Translations under genes and position numbers: made by a program
Shown: piece after piece, positions 1 through 11,034 of the stretch
How positions within the stretch are numbered: the stretch's first letter is position 1
How the letters are laid out: every line of letters begins with the position of its first letter
Origin: Chiloscyllium plagiosum
Lineage: Eukaryota
Direction of reading: 5' to 3'
DNA length: 26,652 bases
Assembly: GCF_004010195.1 (NCBI RefSeq)
Contig: NC_057718.1
Location: 84,603,446-84,630,097 of the forward strand
Notes under the pieces: model-generated
Databases searched by the model: none
What the model was told of the DNA's origin: nothing
The model's input: the letters and a program-made list of their open reading frames with translations, nothing else

Positions 1-301
1 ACCTCGTCAAATGCCTTATTGAAGTCAGTGTTCATGACATCCACTGCTGTGCCCTCATCGATCCTCTTCATTGCTACTTCAAAGAACTCAATAGTGAGAC
101 ATGATTTCCCACGCACAAAGCCATGTAACCATCCCTAATCAGTCCTTGCCTTTCTAAATACATGTAAATCCTGTCCCTCAGGATTCCTTCCAACAACTTG
201 TCCATCATCAATGTCAGGCTCACCGCTCTATAGTTCCCTGGCTTTTCCTTATCACCTTTCTTAAATAGTGGCACCACGTTAGTCAGCTTCCCATCTTCTG
301 G
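1..301 (-). mobile_element. CR1-clade LINE ORF2 (reverse transcriptase) fragment, decayed
   Basis: Minus-strand translation VPLFKKGDKEKPGNYRAVSLT...KLLEGILRDRIY is the typical CR1 RT N-terminal motif. The element resumes at 871 after an insertion. Confidence 0.9.
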
Positions 302-870
302 TATTATGTTCTTTTTTTTTCCCCACTGAGATTCTTATGCACTTGATGCAACTGCAGATTCCAACTTCCATGAACAACCAAACTTTTATTAAGCAAATAC
401 AGTACAAACTTTGGGGAAACTCTCAACACTCCTCGCTGTGCTTGCAAAGCGTGTTGAGAGGTGTCTCTGAACAAATTAAACATTCCTTCCTTTATACAAA
501 ATCTTCACAGTCAGTAATACCCACAAGACAACCCTCCAGTCACTCCCCTACAGTCACATGCCACTCAAGACACAATGCAGTGACAATATAATGTAAATCA
601 TCCCTTAATGGTCAAATCTGTTGTGAATTGTTTTAACTACAGGGAGTAGTCAAAATTCCAATTGCAATGTTCTTAGTGATTTTAAATAGGATGATGTAAA
701 TGTAAATGATCTCTGAATAATAGATGATGGCTATGAAAATGGCTCTGAATGGCAAGGGGTTGGAATATAAATTTCTTGCAATCTACCTGCAAGTCAGAGG
801 CATCCCACCCTAGCCTGTGGCCATCAATTTCCTGCAGAGCAGCAGAGCAAATTAACTCTTTAATGGCACA
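302..870 (-). mobile_element. Probable solo LTR inserted into the CR1 element
   Basis: 569 bp interrupting collinear CR1 sequence, flanked by CTGG (298-301) and CCGG (871-874), a 4-bp TSD with one CpG-type change. Minus-strand 5' end is TGTG; the other end reads ...CATAATA (CA apparently mutated). Minus-strand TATAAA (491-496) lies upstream of AATAAA (385-390). Confidence 0.55.
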
Positions 871-1745
871 CCGGCATCTCACCTGTGACTATTGATACAA
901 TTATCTCAACAAGGAGCCCATCAATCACTTCCCCAGAGTTCCAGGGTACACCTGATCAGGTCCTGTGGATTTATCCACCTTTATGCGTTTTAAGACATCC
1001 TGTGTCACCACCTCTGTAATTTTTCAAGATGTCACCATCTATTTACTTACATTCTATATGTTCCGTGTCCTTCTCTACCGTAGACACTGTTGCAAAATAC
1101 TCACTTAGTATCTCTGCCCTCTCCTTCAGTTCCACACATAGGCTGCCCTGCTGATCTTTGAGGGGCTCTATTCTCTTCCTAGTTACCTTTCTTGATCTTT
1201 AATCTATTGATAAAATCCCTTTTTAGATTCTCCTTAACTCTATATTTGCCAAAGCTATCTCGTGTCCCCTTTTTTGCTGTCCTGATTTCCCTCTTAAGTG
1301 TACTACTGCCTTTATACCCTTCTAAGGATTCACTCAGTCTCTGCAGTCTACACATGACGCATGCTTTTTTTTCTTAACCGAAACTTCAATTTCTCTAGTC
1401 ATCTAGCATTCCATCCACCTACCAGCCTTGCATATCACCCTAAAAGGAACATACTGTCTCTGGACTTTTGTTATCTTTTTTTTTGAAGGCTTCCCATTTT
1501 CCAGCTGTCCCTTACCTGCGAACGTGCCTAATACTGTAAAAATTGGTCTTCCTCCAATTTAAGCTTTTTAACTTTTACACCTAGTCTATCCTTTTCCATC
1601 ACTATTTTAAAACTAAAATAATTATGGCCGCTGGCCCCAAAGTGCTCACCCACTGACACCTTAGTCACTTGCCCTGCCTTATTTCCCAAGAGTAGGTCCA
1701 AGTTTTGCACCTTCTCTAGTAGGTACAGCAACATCCACATACTGA
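871..1745 (-). mobile_element. CR1-clade LINE ORF2 fragment (upstream continuation), decayed
   Basis: Minus-strand translation LDLLLGNKAGQVTKVSVGEHFGASGHN matches the CR1 endonuclease C-terminal region; frameshifts and stops are present. Confidence 0.85.
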
Positions 1746-2344
1746 CCATGTCTTTGTTGCCTTTTGTCACTTCTCTTTAAAGTGCCACTGTTTAGGCTCC
1801 TTCTCCGCCGCCACCGCCGTGCAACAGCTTATGAAACACTAATCACTGCTCCTGGGATTCAAAGAAACCACCTCCACCACCTAAAATACCTCAAAGGGAG
1901 CAGCTCTTCCAGCCACATTTTTTTTTCAGTCCTCCATCTTCAATTACCCAGAATCATTCATTGCTTCAATAGATAAGTATTTTGTTTTTAAATTATGGGC
2001 AAAATGCCTTTAAGAAAAGTCTTGTTTGCACTGCAGTGTTGAGGTTAGATGTTAATGCTTTCAGAATGGAATTTGGGGACTTTATTTTCACCAATGCCCT
2101 TGAAGTTGAGTTTGTGTTTTTAACGCGTTGAAATATTGTTGTAACAGATCTGTTGAAAGCAAATCAATCTTAGACATTCATTCTTTCTGGAAGTTTTTCA
2201 GCATTTCCTGTTAAAAATTTTAAATATGCCATTTAAGTACTTATTGCTGATGTTCTACAAACAACTTAGCTGAGCAGTTTGTTGCTTCCCAACTTCTATT
2301 TCTCATTTGTGCTTACTGCAAAAATCTACTATTTAAGAGTGCAG

Positions 2345-2485
2345 AAGTGAAATACTGCAGATGCTGGAAATTCTCATCAGGTATAGCAATACCTGTAGAA
2401 ACAGTTCTGAAAGAGTTAATGGCCTTAAATTTAGTTCCTGTTCTTAGATGCAGCCTGGCCTACTGAGTATTTTCTATTCTTTCTA
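2345..2485. mobile_element. Old degenerate PLE terminal-repeat-derived short element
   Basis: AATACTGCAGATGCTGGAAA...AGATGCAGCCTGGCCTACTGAG resembles both orientations of the PLE terminal repeat seen at 3458-3675. Confidence 0.45.
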
Positions 2486-3457
2486 TTATTCTAAAAATCC
2501 ACATTTTCTGTTTGCTCAGCCTCTTCCTTTGATCACTAATGGAAATTAATGGGTCGAGGACTGAAATTGTCAATTCATTTTAGCACCAGGGTTAGGGAAA
2601 CATCTTAAATAGCAAAGAAAGTCCATTCTAGCCACCTCTTCAGTACTTGCAAGCATAATACGAACCCTAAATGTTTATGTAAGCAGACTCCTTTTTTTTA
2701 TGCTTAAATTCCTGTAATGAATTTGTAGAGTTGAACTGAGCATAGAGGTTAGTCCTGCTACTTTGATATGGTTGTAGGCAATTTTAATAAGTGGTGAAAT
2801 TCAGCATAAGTTGGGATTAACATATATGTTTGAATTTCAGTCATAAAAACATCAATTACACTCCTTTCTAACTGCTGTTGGATATTAATGATCCTCCTCC
2901 TTGACTTCAATGTTAGTTAGTGACTCAATGCTTTAATTTATAATCATCAATATATCCATGCAGATCTGTACATGTAGTACTTGAGGCTGGTGCCAGATTT
3001 TTGCTCAAAGCCAGGAATTGACATTGAGGCCCGATTAAAGGTCCAGTGACTACTGTGGACAGTCTAATTGAAACTTTCGTAAAGTACAATGTGCAAGTCC
3101 AAGTGTGTTACCCCTTTTTGAAGTGTGGTATTGGTGCAATAATTATATCCTTTGTTTCTATGGTTGCATATGCTTAGGCATATTATTACCCTTTTATAAA
3201 TTTCATTTCTCTTTCCTCCTCTACCCTTTTCAGTCAGACATGTTCATTAGTAATTTTAGCTGTTCAAAATTCTCTGGACATTTCACACTACATGTATTAG
3301 CCAAGATTGACCTTCAGAATCTTTGTATCCTTATCTTGGATTCTTACTACAAAAAAGTTTTCCTCTAATCTCACACTTGGGTGCCAATGCCCCTCTATCC
3401 ATTAAAGTTCCATTCTTGCCTAGTTTTTTAATATTGAGTTTAGTAATATCAGTAGTC

Positions 3458-3675
3458 TTTGAGGAGAAAGTGAGGTCTGCAGATGCTGGAGATCAGAGCT
3501 GAAAATGTGTTGCTGGAAAAGCACAGCAGGTCAGGCAGCATCCAGGGAACAGGAGAATCGGCGTTTCAGGCATAAGCCCTTCTTCCTGAAGAAGGGCTTA
3601 TGCCCGAAACGTCGATTCTCCTGTTCCCTGGATGCTGCCTGACCTGCTGTGCTTTTCCAGCAACACATTTTCAGC
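3458..3675. mobile_element. Non-coding fold-back PLE (family A) terminal-repeat insertion with 14-bp TSD
   Basis: Inverted arms 3497-3585 and 3588-3676 (89 bp, 2 mismatches, 2-nt spacer). Direct repeat TAATATCAGTAGTC at 3444-3457 and 3676-3689. Confidence 0.9.
3583..3617 (+). ncRNA. Minimal type I hammerhead ribozyme motif (family A), intact core
   Basis: CUGAAGA (3586-3592), A, GGGC-UUAU-GCCC stem II, GAAAC (3606-3610), GUC triplet (3611-3613); only a short UC/GA helix I. Confidence 0.85.
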
Positions 3676-5046
3676 TAATATCAGTAGTCACTGACAGATT
3701 CAGAGTGCCCTGTGCATAAATAGAAACAGTGCCCTATTGTAGTTGGAAATTGTTAAGCCCATGCCAAAACTGGAAGCAATTAGAAGTTAATTGATTAACA
3801 ATGTTTAAAATATTGTGAACAGTGCATCAGGGAGTGCTTAGTGTGAAACATTTTAAAATGTTCTGGTTTGGTCATGAGCCTTAACAATTTTGGCAAAATA
3901 CTAAATGGCTTTTTGTCATTAGAACGAAGGCTGCATGTGACAGTAAGATGCTCTGACATAACTTAGAAGTAGATCAGAATTGGTGCAGCTGATGTACATG
4001 AGCATGGCTAAGAAATTGAATTGTTTGCATCAGTATAAAAACATCTCTCTACTTGAACCTTTTTTTTAAAGTACAGAATTTTATCTGTGATTTTGGTACT
4101 TTTGAGCTTGTAGGAAGACAAAACCATTCAACAACTAATGCATATTTTGAAGATTTATTTTAAATGATGTTTGCATTTATGCAAATTGTTAACTTGTTTA
4201 ATGTGTATGTTTTGCCTTTGGAGTGGATATTCTTTTGGAAGAAATTGGTCTGAGGTTAGAGTATTTCTAGCAGGGAAGCTAAGTACTTTAGTCTTGTACA
4301 AGTGTAAGAGGTTTACAATTACCTCTGCCATTTTTGTGTACCAAAACAATAGAGATATTTATTGAAACTGGATTTTTAAAAAAAGAGTAGGGAATAGAGT
4401 ACAATGTTTGTCTGCTGGGTACCTTCCACCACTCAGAACAAGTTTCTTCGTGTCCAGTCTTCATTCTATTTCTTCTAAGTTACTTTCCTCTAGAATAGAA
4501 ATATCTGCTTAGTTTGCAGGGAAATTGTAATCCTGAAGGAAATGTGAATTGCCTGATTTCATCAGCAACTTGTAGGTTAGTACTGATATTAAGTTATTGA
4601 CTTTGACCTTGTTTTTGAGCTTGTGTTGGCATGTAAATTGCTGATACAGATGCCTTGAAACTTGCAGATAAGTACAGTTGCATTATTTTTGTTTTAACAG
4701 TTGATTAGCTGAACAATTTATACATAACCTTTTTGTTTAAATCCTAGTTGAATAGGAACCACTTTGCATTTCAGTCTGCTGACCGTTAATTACTGTGCCT
4801 GACTAGGGTTTTTAGGGGTAGAACAAGTTTGTCTGTTTTGGGTTAGAGGGAATATTTTGAAGATAAAAATGTTTGATTCATGGTATGAGCTGAGTACAGT
4901 GGATTTCAGTTTGGCTTCAATTTTTGTGACATGGTTCTGTTTTAGGAAAGAAAAAGCTTATCATGGTAAAGTAGATCACATCTCATTGCGTGTGTAATTT
5001 TTGTTTTGGCATAGGCTAAATTATATATTATTTTGGTTTTCAATAG

Positions 5047-5294
5047 ATGAATATGATGTGCAGGAGGTTGCAATGAATTCAGATGATGTACCCATGAAAG
5101 AAGCAAGACCAATACAGATAGTGTTGGCACATGAAGATAATCATCATTTTGATCTCGATGAAGAATCCTTGGAGCGAATTCTATTGCAAGAACATGTTCG
5201 GGACTTGAATGTTGTGGTTGTCTCTGTGGCAGGAGCATTTCGTAAAGGCAAATCCTTTTTGTTGGACTTCATGTTGCGTTACATGTACAATCAG
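5047..5294 (+). CDS. ATL2: Atlastin GTPase internal coding exon (exon 2-like, P-loop)
   Basis: Encodes ...[62 protein letters not shown], with the atlastin G1 motif [26 protein letters not shown] is ATL2-like rather than ATL1-like. Acceptor ttttcaatag ends at 5046, donor CAG/gtaaga at 5295; 248 nt, phase 1 to phase 0. Confidence 0.92.
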
Positions 5295-5439
5295 GTAAGA
5301 GATTACATGCTGTCAGTTTCTTTTGCATGAGACTTCAATTGTTTTGGAATGTGCATGTTGAAGTATTTTCATTTGCTTAACGATTGTTAATGAGATTGTC
5401 ACTGGAGTGCATTGATCAGTTAGCCATTTTCAAGCATTG

Positions 5440-5800
5440 TTTGGACTGACCTATTAAATGAGACTGGATCGGTTAGGATTATTTTCATTGGGGTTTAGAG
5501 AATGAGGAGATCTTATTGTAACCTGTAAAGTTCTATCAGGACTAGACCAGTTAAGATATTAATGACCAAAGCGTGCAGAACCAGGCGTTATGGTCTAAAA
5601 CACAGGGTAGGCTTTTAGGACTGATGAAAATTTTTTTCTAATTCTGTGTCAGAAAAGCAGTTGAGGCCAACACATTGTTTTCAAGAAGAAATTCAATAGA
5701 GTTCATGTGACTAAAGGGATAAAACATGTGGAGAAAAGCAGGAGCAAGGTACTGAGTTGGATGATCAGCCAACTGGGAGGACTTAGTTCTGTTGCTTCTA
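5440..5800 (+). mobile_element. Degenerate CR1 3' end fragment
   Basis: Similar to 15400-15770 (e.g. GGATGATCAGCC, AAGCAGTTGAGGCC); a further piece of 3' tail is at about 6110-6150. Confidence 0.6.
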
Positions 5801-5809
5801 TTCTAGGGA

Positions 5810-6080
5810 CCTAGATCGTGAAATTTGAATTCACTTAAGATAAAAAGGTCTGGAATTGAGTCTAAAGATGACCTTGAAACAGTGGTTGATTGTCAGAAAA
5901 ACCCATCTAATTCACAAATTTCTTTTTTGAGGAAAAAAATATGCAGCCCTTACTTGGTCTGGTCGACATATGACTTCAGATTTATAGCTGTGTAGTTGAC
6001 TTTTAACTGCCCTGTAAGCAATTAGGGACAGGCAAAAATATTGGCCTCCTGTCCTCGTGTCCCATGAATGAATTGAAAAC
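5810..6080 (+). mobile_element. Degenerate SINE with L2-like 3' end
   Basis: Ends in CCCATGAATGAATTGAAAA and interrupts the CR1 3' end; family recognised from memory only. Confidence 0.45.
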
Positions 6081-6639
6081 AAAAACCACAATCCTGTTGT
6101 TACACCAGGTGTGAAGGACTGAATGACTTACTCCTCCTAGTTTATATTTCTATGCAATCAGGTTGCCTCAATGTTTTACTTGCTGTCATTACTTGGAGAA
6201 CACTTGTTTCTTGGCTCTCGTTTAGAAGTTTTGAGCATTTGGACATTGCAATTTTAAACTTGGAGAATTGTAATATTAAAAGGGCACGGTTGAATTATTT
6301 GAACTTGCTCTACCAAATATGTTTGTTCTTCCTTGCTTTTTTCTTTACAGTGATTACTTTTATAAGTTAGGATAACCTCTCCCCTTGTCCAGATCTCAAT
6401 CACTGCGAGTCTTGATTGTGACTGCAAATGGGTTTTTTTGATTGCAGAGGGGATCACAGTTGATCGTGAGTCTGTCAGACTCTGTAGCCAGTCTCTGTCT
6501 GCTTCTATTGGATCAGTTGCTGAAAATCCTTTTTCAGGAGTTCTTGATTAGCCATTCAGTTCTCAAGTTAATTGTAAGTTATTGTGTCCAAAACAGCACT
6601 GCTGATGTGACTTCTTCCGTAACCATCCACTGTGGTTGA

Positions 6640-7455
6640 CAGTACCCTCCACCTCATCCTACTTATCACCTGTGCTTCCGCCCTTGTCCCTTCCCATCAT
6701 CCTCAACAGTGTGATTGGGTCTCCCTTGGCCTCAACTTTGCATCACACCAGCCTCTAGTGGATCATTCTCCACCATTTCAGACAACTCCGGTAGAGCTCC
6801 AGCCATCACCAAACAGATGTTCCCCTCACTCCTGTTTGTATTTTGCAGGAATTGTTCCTTCCAGGATACCCTAATTCATTCATTGACCACTGATACAACA
6901 TCCCCTTCCCACATAACTGCTGAAGTGCAATCCCTGCCCCTTTACCTACTTACTGTTTGTTATCCAAAGGCTTAAATAGTCTGTTCCAGTAAAGCAGTAT
7001 TTCACCTGTACCACCTCCAATATTGTATTCGCTGCACCCAATGTGGCCTACTCTACACTGGAGAAACCAAACCAGACTGGGTGATGGCTTTGCAGAACAT
7101 CTCCAATCTGTGTGCAAGTGTGACCCTGACCATGCCATAGCCAGCCATTTTAATACAGATTCTGGATCAGTGGTGCTGGAAGAGCACAGCAATTCAGGCA
7201 GCATCCAACGAGCTCGTCGGATGCTGCCTGAATTGCTGTGCTCTTCCAGCACCACTGATCCAGAATCTGGTTTCCAATATCTGCAGTCATTGTTTTTACC
7301 TCATTTTAATACAGAGTCTTGCTTGTGTGCCCACTTGTCTGTCCTCTGTTTGCTGTAGTGTTCCAGTGAATCACAGTACAAAACTCTCATCTTCAGACTA
7401 GGCACTTTACAACCTTCTGGACTTAATATTGAGTTCAGCACCTTCAAAATGTGAA
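6640..7455 (+). mobile_element. Decayed Penelope-like element, GIY-YIG endonuclease region
   Basis: 7021-7105 reads YCIRCTQCGLLYTGETK..RLGDGFAEHL across a frameshift (PLE GIY-YIG with CxxC). Interrupted by the 7160-7301 insertion. Confidence 0.8.
7160..7301. mobile_element. Spacer-less palindromic PLE (family A) terminal-repeat insertion with 14-bp TSD
   Basis: Arms 7156-7212 and 7213-7269 (57 bp, 1 mismatch) centred on GAG|CTC. CATTTTAATACAGA is repeated at 7146-7159 and 7302-7315. Confidence 0.9.
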
Positions 7456-7462
7456 TCAACTC

Positions 7463-7504
7463 CCATTCCTTTCCTTTTCCTTTCCTTTCCTTTCTTTTCC
7501 TTTT
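7463..7504 (+). repeat. (TTTCC)n-like polypyrimidine tract
   Basis: Visible low-complexity sequence. Confidence 0.7.
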
Positions 7505-7519
7505 AGCGTTACTTATTAC

Positions 7520-8670
7520 ATGCTCTGCCACCATGCATCCCCCTGCCTCCACCTCTCTACTGGAACTGTCTGTGCTTTCAAATCGAAGAGGCTTTCCAAT
7601 CCCAAGCATCCCAGATGTCCACCTATTTCGAACAATGTACTTTTTCTACTCCCCTGTCATCCAGACAGCCCTCCACTGCACCACCTCCATTTGCTGCTGC
7701 ACTGCTCTCTACTGCCTCTCCAAACGCAATACAGAGTCCTCCTTGTCCTCACCCTCCATCCTGCGCCAGTCTCTGCATCCAATACATCATCCTTGAACAC
7801 TTCTGCTAACTCCAACTTTATCCCATCGCCAAGAACATCATCTTCCTCTCTCCAAACGTCTGTCTTTCACATGTACCCTTTCCTTCACCATCCTTTGGTT
7901 TGTGCCACTCTACCCACCAACACCCCACCCCCGGACCTGCAGTACCTTCCCCTGCAAATGTAAAAGATGCAAACTCTGCTGGCAAGCCACCCTGCTCACC
8001 TCCATCCAGGGCCCCAATCTGTCCTTCCAGGTAAGACAGAGGTTCACCTGCCTCTTTCCCAACCTAGGTTACTGTATCTGGTGCTCCTGATGTGGTCTTT
8101 ACATCATTGAGACCAAACATAAACTAGGGGCATGTTTTACCAAACATCTCTGCTGAACCCACAAGGGCCAACCTGACCTCGAGTCACCACCCATTTCAAT
8201 TCCCCTTCCCATTCACTCTTTGACATGACCATGCATGACCTCCATTGCCACAGTGAATCAGACTGCAGATTGGGGGAGCAACACCTCATTTTCTGTCTGG
8301 GCAGCCGACAGCCCAGAAGACTCAACATTTGAGTTCTCCAGTATCAAATAATCTCTCTTCCCATTCCCCCCCCCTCCCCAAATTCCTGTGACAAACCCTT
8401 CCTTCCAACTATCAAAGGATTAATTCCTCCTATTGATCAACCAGGCTGTACCCTCTAATTGTGTTCCCCTATCACTACCTCACCATTTGCCCTACCCCCC
8501 AAAAAATCTGTGTTCCCCTTACCCCCACCACAAGACCTGAAGAAGGATCATACCCGAAACGTTGATTTGTTTACCACCTAACGCTGCCTGGCTTGTTGAT
8601 TCCAAAGTAGACAAACAGCCTCCTGTTTGTCTACTTTGGATTCGAGCATTTGCAGTTTTTTTCGCCTCTA
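7520..8670 (+). mobile_element. Decayed Penelope-like element, 3' half with terminal repeat
   Basis: TFPCKCKRCKLC...QVRQRFTC...NLGYCIWCS*CG (zinc knuckle plus GIY-YIG); the terminal repeat carries an HHR motif at 8537. Confidence 0.8.
8534..8567 (+). ncRNA. Hammerhead ribozyme motif, core intact, stem II with one mismatch
   Basis: CUGAAGA (8537-8543), A, GGAU-CAU-ACCC, GAAAC (8556-8560), GUU. Confidence 0.65.
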
Positions 8671-9264
8671 ACTCTAAATCTGGCAGTAAAACACACCATT
8701 GTTCTGCTAATCTCACATGCCAATCACTTAATCTGCACCATCAACACCTTTTTAATCTTCCAGCACTCTACATACCATCCACTTCCCTTATGTATGCATG
8801 CACAACTTCAGCTCTGACAAAGTCATCTAGACTCAGCATTAGCTTGCCCTCTCCACGAATATTGTTTGTCCTGTGATCACCAGCTTTTCTTGTTTTTAGT
8901 CTGTTATTTCTAATTGATCTGGTCAGAAATGTTATGACAAATTTCTTAGGGCATGTGGAACTTGAACCTGGATCATCTGATCCAGAGGTAGGGAGGGATA
9001 TTATCACTATGCTACAAGAGCCCTCCCAAGCGAATTAGTGTCAGTGTTCCCTAACTAGGCACAGATTAAATCCCGAAAGCCTTCCAGTTAAATGGCCAAG
9101 GATGCACAGGAAACAAGTAGGTAAATTATTTCAAGAATAGAACCATCTGCATGTTCTCTTTGCTTTCTATTTCACTCCTCGCTTCAGCAAAGTTTGGCAA
9201 ATTTCACCATACCTGTAAATATTTCTTGACAAATTTAATAAATGCTGACTATGTCTTAGGAGTC

Positions 9265-9350
9265 CAACTGGAGTCTGAAGTTTTTGGGTTCAAGATAATT
9301 CCAGGATTTGTGCATAAATGCCTTGACACTAAAATTTGTGTAGAAGGTGC
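9265..9350 (+). mobile_element. Deu-domain SINE (SacSINE1-like), 5' part
   Basis: tRNA-like head with B-box-like GGGTTCAAG; joins 10757 once the PLE is removed. Confidence 0.55.
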
Positions 9351-9873
9351 CGCAACGGAACGAGGACATGCCACAACCCAAAGGACTAGCCACACTACCA
9401 TACATCAGGAGCATTTCAGAACTGACAGCCAGACTACTGCGACCACTAGGACTTATAACAGCACACAAACCAACAGCAACCCTCCAGACAACAACTCACC
9501 AGAACGAAGGACCCGATACCCAGCATGAGCAAAACTAATGTAGTGTACAAAATCCCATGCAAGGACTGCACAAAACACTATATAGTACAAACAGGAAGAC
9601 AGCTAACGATCCGCATCCATGAACATCAACTCGCCACGAAACGCCATGACCAGCTATCCTTAGTAGCCACACACGCAGACGACAAGCAACATGAATTCGA
9701 CTGGGACAAATAAACCAAATCATCCGCCGACATTTCCGCCACCTCCAAACAGACCCCACCACCAGGGATATATTTCCCTCCCCACCCCTGTCCGCCTTCC
9801 GCAAAGACCATTCCCTCCGTGACTACCTGGTCAGGTCCACGCCCTCCTACGACCCACCCTCCCATCCTGGCAC

Positions 9874-10263
9874 NNNNNNNNNNNNNNNNNNNNNNNNNNN
9901 NNNNNNNNNNNNNNNNNNNNNNNNNNNNNNNNNNNNNNNNNNNNNNNNNNNNNNNNNNNNNNNNNNNNNNNNNNNNNNNNNNNNNNNNNNNNNNNNNNNN
10001 NNNNNNNNNNNNNNNNNNNNNNNNNNNNNNNNNNNNNNNNNNNNNNNNNNNNNNNNNNNNNNNNNNNNNNNNNNNNNNNNNNNNNNNNNNNNNNNNNNNN
10101 NNNNNNNNNNNNNNNNNNNNNNNNNNNNNNNNNNNNNNNNNNNNNNNNNNNNNNNNNNNNNNNNNNNNNNNNNNNNNNNNNNNNNNNNNNNNNNNNNNNN
10201 NNNNNNNNNNNNNNNNNNNNNNNNNNNNNNNNNNNNNNNNNNNNNNNNNNNNNNNNNNNNNNN
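9874..10263. other. Assembly gap (390 N)
   Basis: Run of n characters. Confidence 1.
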
Positions 10264-10283
10264 ACTTCAGGCTCTCTGCCTTT

Positions 10284-10318
10284 GTTCTGATGAAGGGCTT
10301 TTGCCCGAAACGTTGATT
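10284..10318 (+). ncRNA. Hammerhead ribozyme motif (family A), intact core
   Basis: CUGAUGA (10287-10293), A, GGGC-UUUU-GCCC, GAAAC (10307-10311), GUU; helix I weak. Confidence 0.8.
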
Positions 10319-10635
10319 TTGCCTGTCCTCGGATGCTGCCTGAATTGCTGTGCTCTTCCAGCACCACTGATCCAGAATCTGGTTTCCAGCATCTGCAGTC
10401 ATTGTTTTTACCTCGTTGATTACTACCATTATAGGGCAAGCCAAAGAAAGAACAGCCAGGGAATTCCTAGAAGCATGGCACTCATCCACAAACTCCATCA
10501 ACAAACACATCGACCTGGACCCAATATACCGGCCACTACAGCGGACAGCTGAAACTGACAACCGGAAGCGGCAGGGACAGGCCACTATAAATGCTGGAGG
10601 AAACACCACAGAAGCGCTTCACAGGAGGCTCCCAA

Positions 10636-10675
10636 GCACTGAGGATGTCACCTAGACAGGGGACGCAACGTTTGC
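10636..10675 (+). ncRNA. Hammerhead motif (family B), probably inactivated
   Basis: GCA-CUGAGGA-U-GUCACC-UAGACA-GGGGAC-GCAAC-GUU-UGC; GAAA is mutated to GCAA. Confidence 0.7.
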
Positions 10676-10756
10676 AACAAAAATGTCCAGCTCAGCGAAC
10701 AGAACCACAACAACGAGCACCCGAGCTACAAATCTTCACCCAAACTTTGAAGGTGC

Positions 10757-11030
10757 TTTTGTCAGATGAGACATTAAATAGGGGTCCTTTGTGCCCTATC
10801 AGGTGGCCATGATTTCTTTTTGAAGAACATTTGGGGTGTGTAACCCTTATCCTTAAACAGAAACAGATTATTTGGTTATCACCTTGCTATTGTGGGGACA
10901 TGTATAAATTTGTTACTGTATTTTCTGTTGTTATAGAGACTACACTCAAGTAGTATTTAATTGATTGATTGTAAGGTGCTTTGGCATAGGAATGTGAAAA
11001 GGTATCATATATAAAGTTCAAATGTTTTAT
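10757..11030 (+). mobile_element. Deu-domain SINE (SacSINE1-like), 3' part
   Basis: CAGATGAGACATTAAA...CAGGTGG...AAACAGATTATTTGGTTATCACCTTGCT...GACTACACTCAA...TATATAAA resembles the remembered DeuSINE consensus. Confidence 0.7.
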
Positions 11031-11034
11031 TTAA

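Larger units (their letters stand above)
9710..10420 (+). mobile_element. PLE family A 3' fragment nested in the family B element (spans the assembly gap)
   Basis: Splits family B sequence between GACTGGGACAA (ends 9709) and ACTACCATTATAGG (starts 10422), which are nearly contiguous in the copy at 17202-17228; ends in the family A terminal repeat. Confidence 0.8.
9351..10748 (+). mobile_element. Penelope-like element family B, 5'-truncated, with a nested family A insertion
   Basis: KGLATLPYIRSISELTARLLRPLG..., NVVYKIPCKDCTKHYIVQTGRQLTIRIHEH (GIY-YIG) and IIGQAKERTAREFLEAWHS. GAAGGTGC is duplicated at 9343-9350 and 10749-10756. Confidence 0.9.

Noticed and set aside
3458..3675. DNA-transposon MITE or pre-miRNA
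   Set aside because: The arms are PLE terminal-repeat sequence, asymmetric, with a 14-bp TSD; there is no evidence of miRNA processing.
5001..5330. 109-aa ORF as a complete gene
   Set aside because: Only 5047-5294 resembles atlastin and it is bounded by splice sites; the ends are intron read-through.
8811..8900. Further HHR-like relic (CTGACAAAGTCATCTAGACTCAGCATTAG)
   Set aside because: The core boxes are too eroded to call a ribozyme; probably an old PLE terminal repeat.
9626..10609. Long ORFs of 327, 202 and 165 aa
   Set aside because: Artefacts of translating through the N gap.
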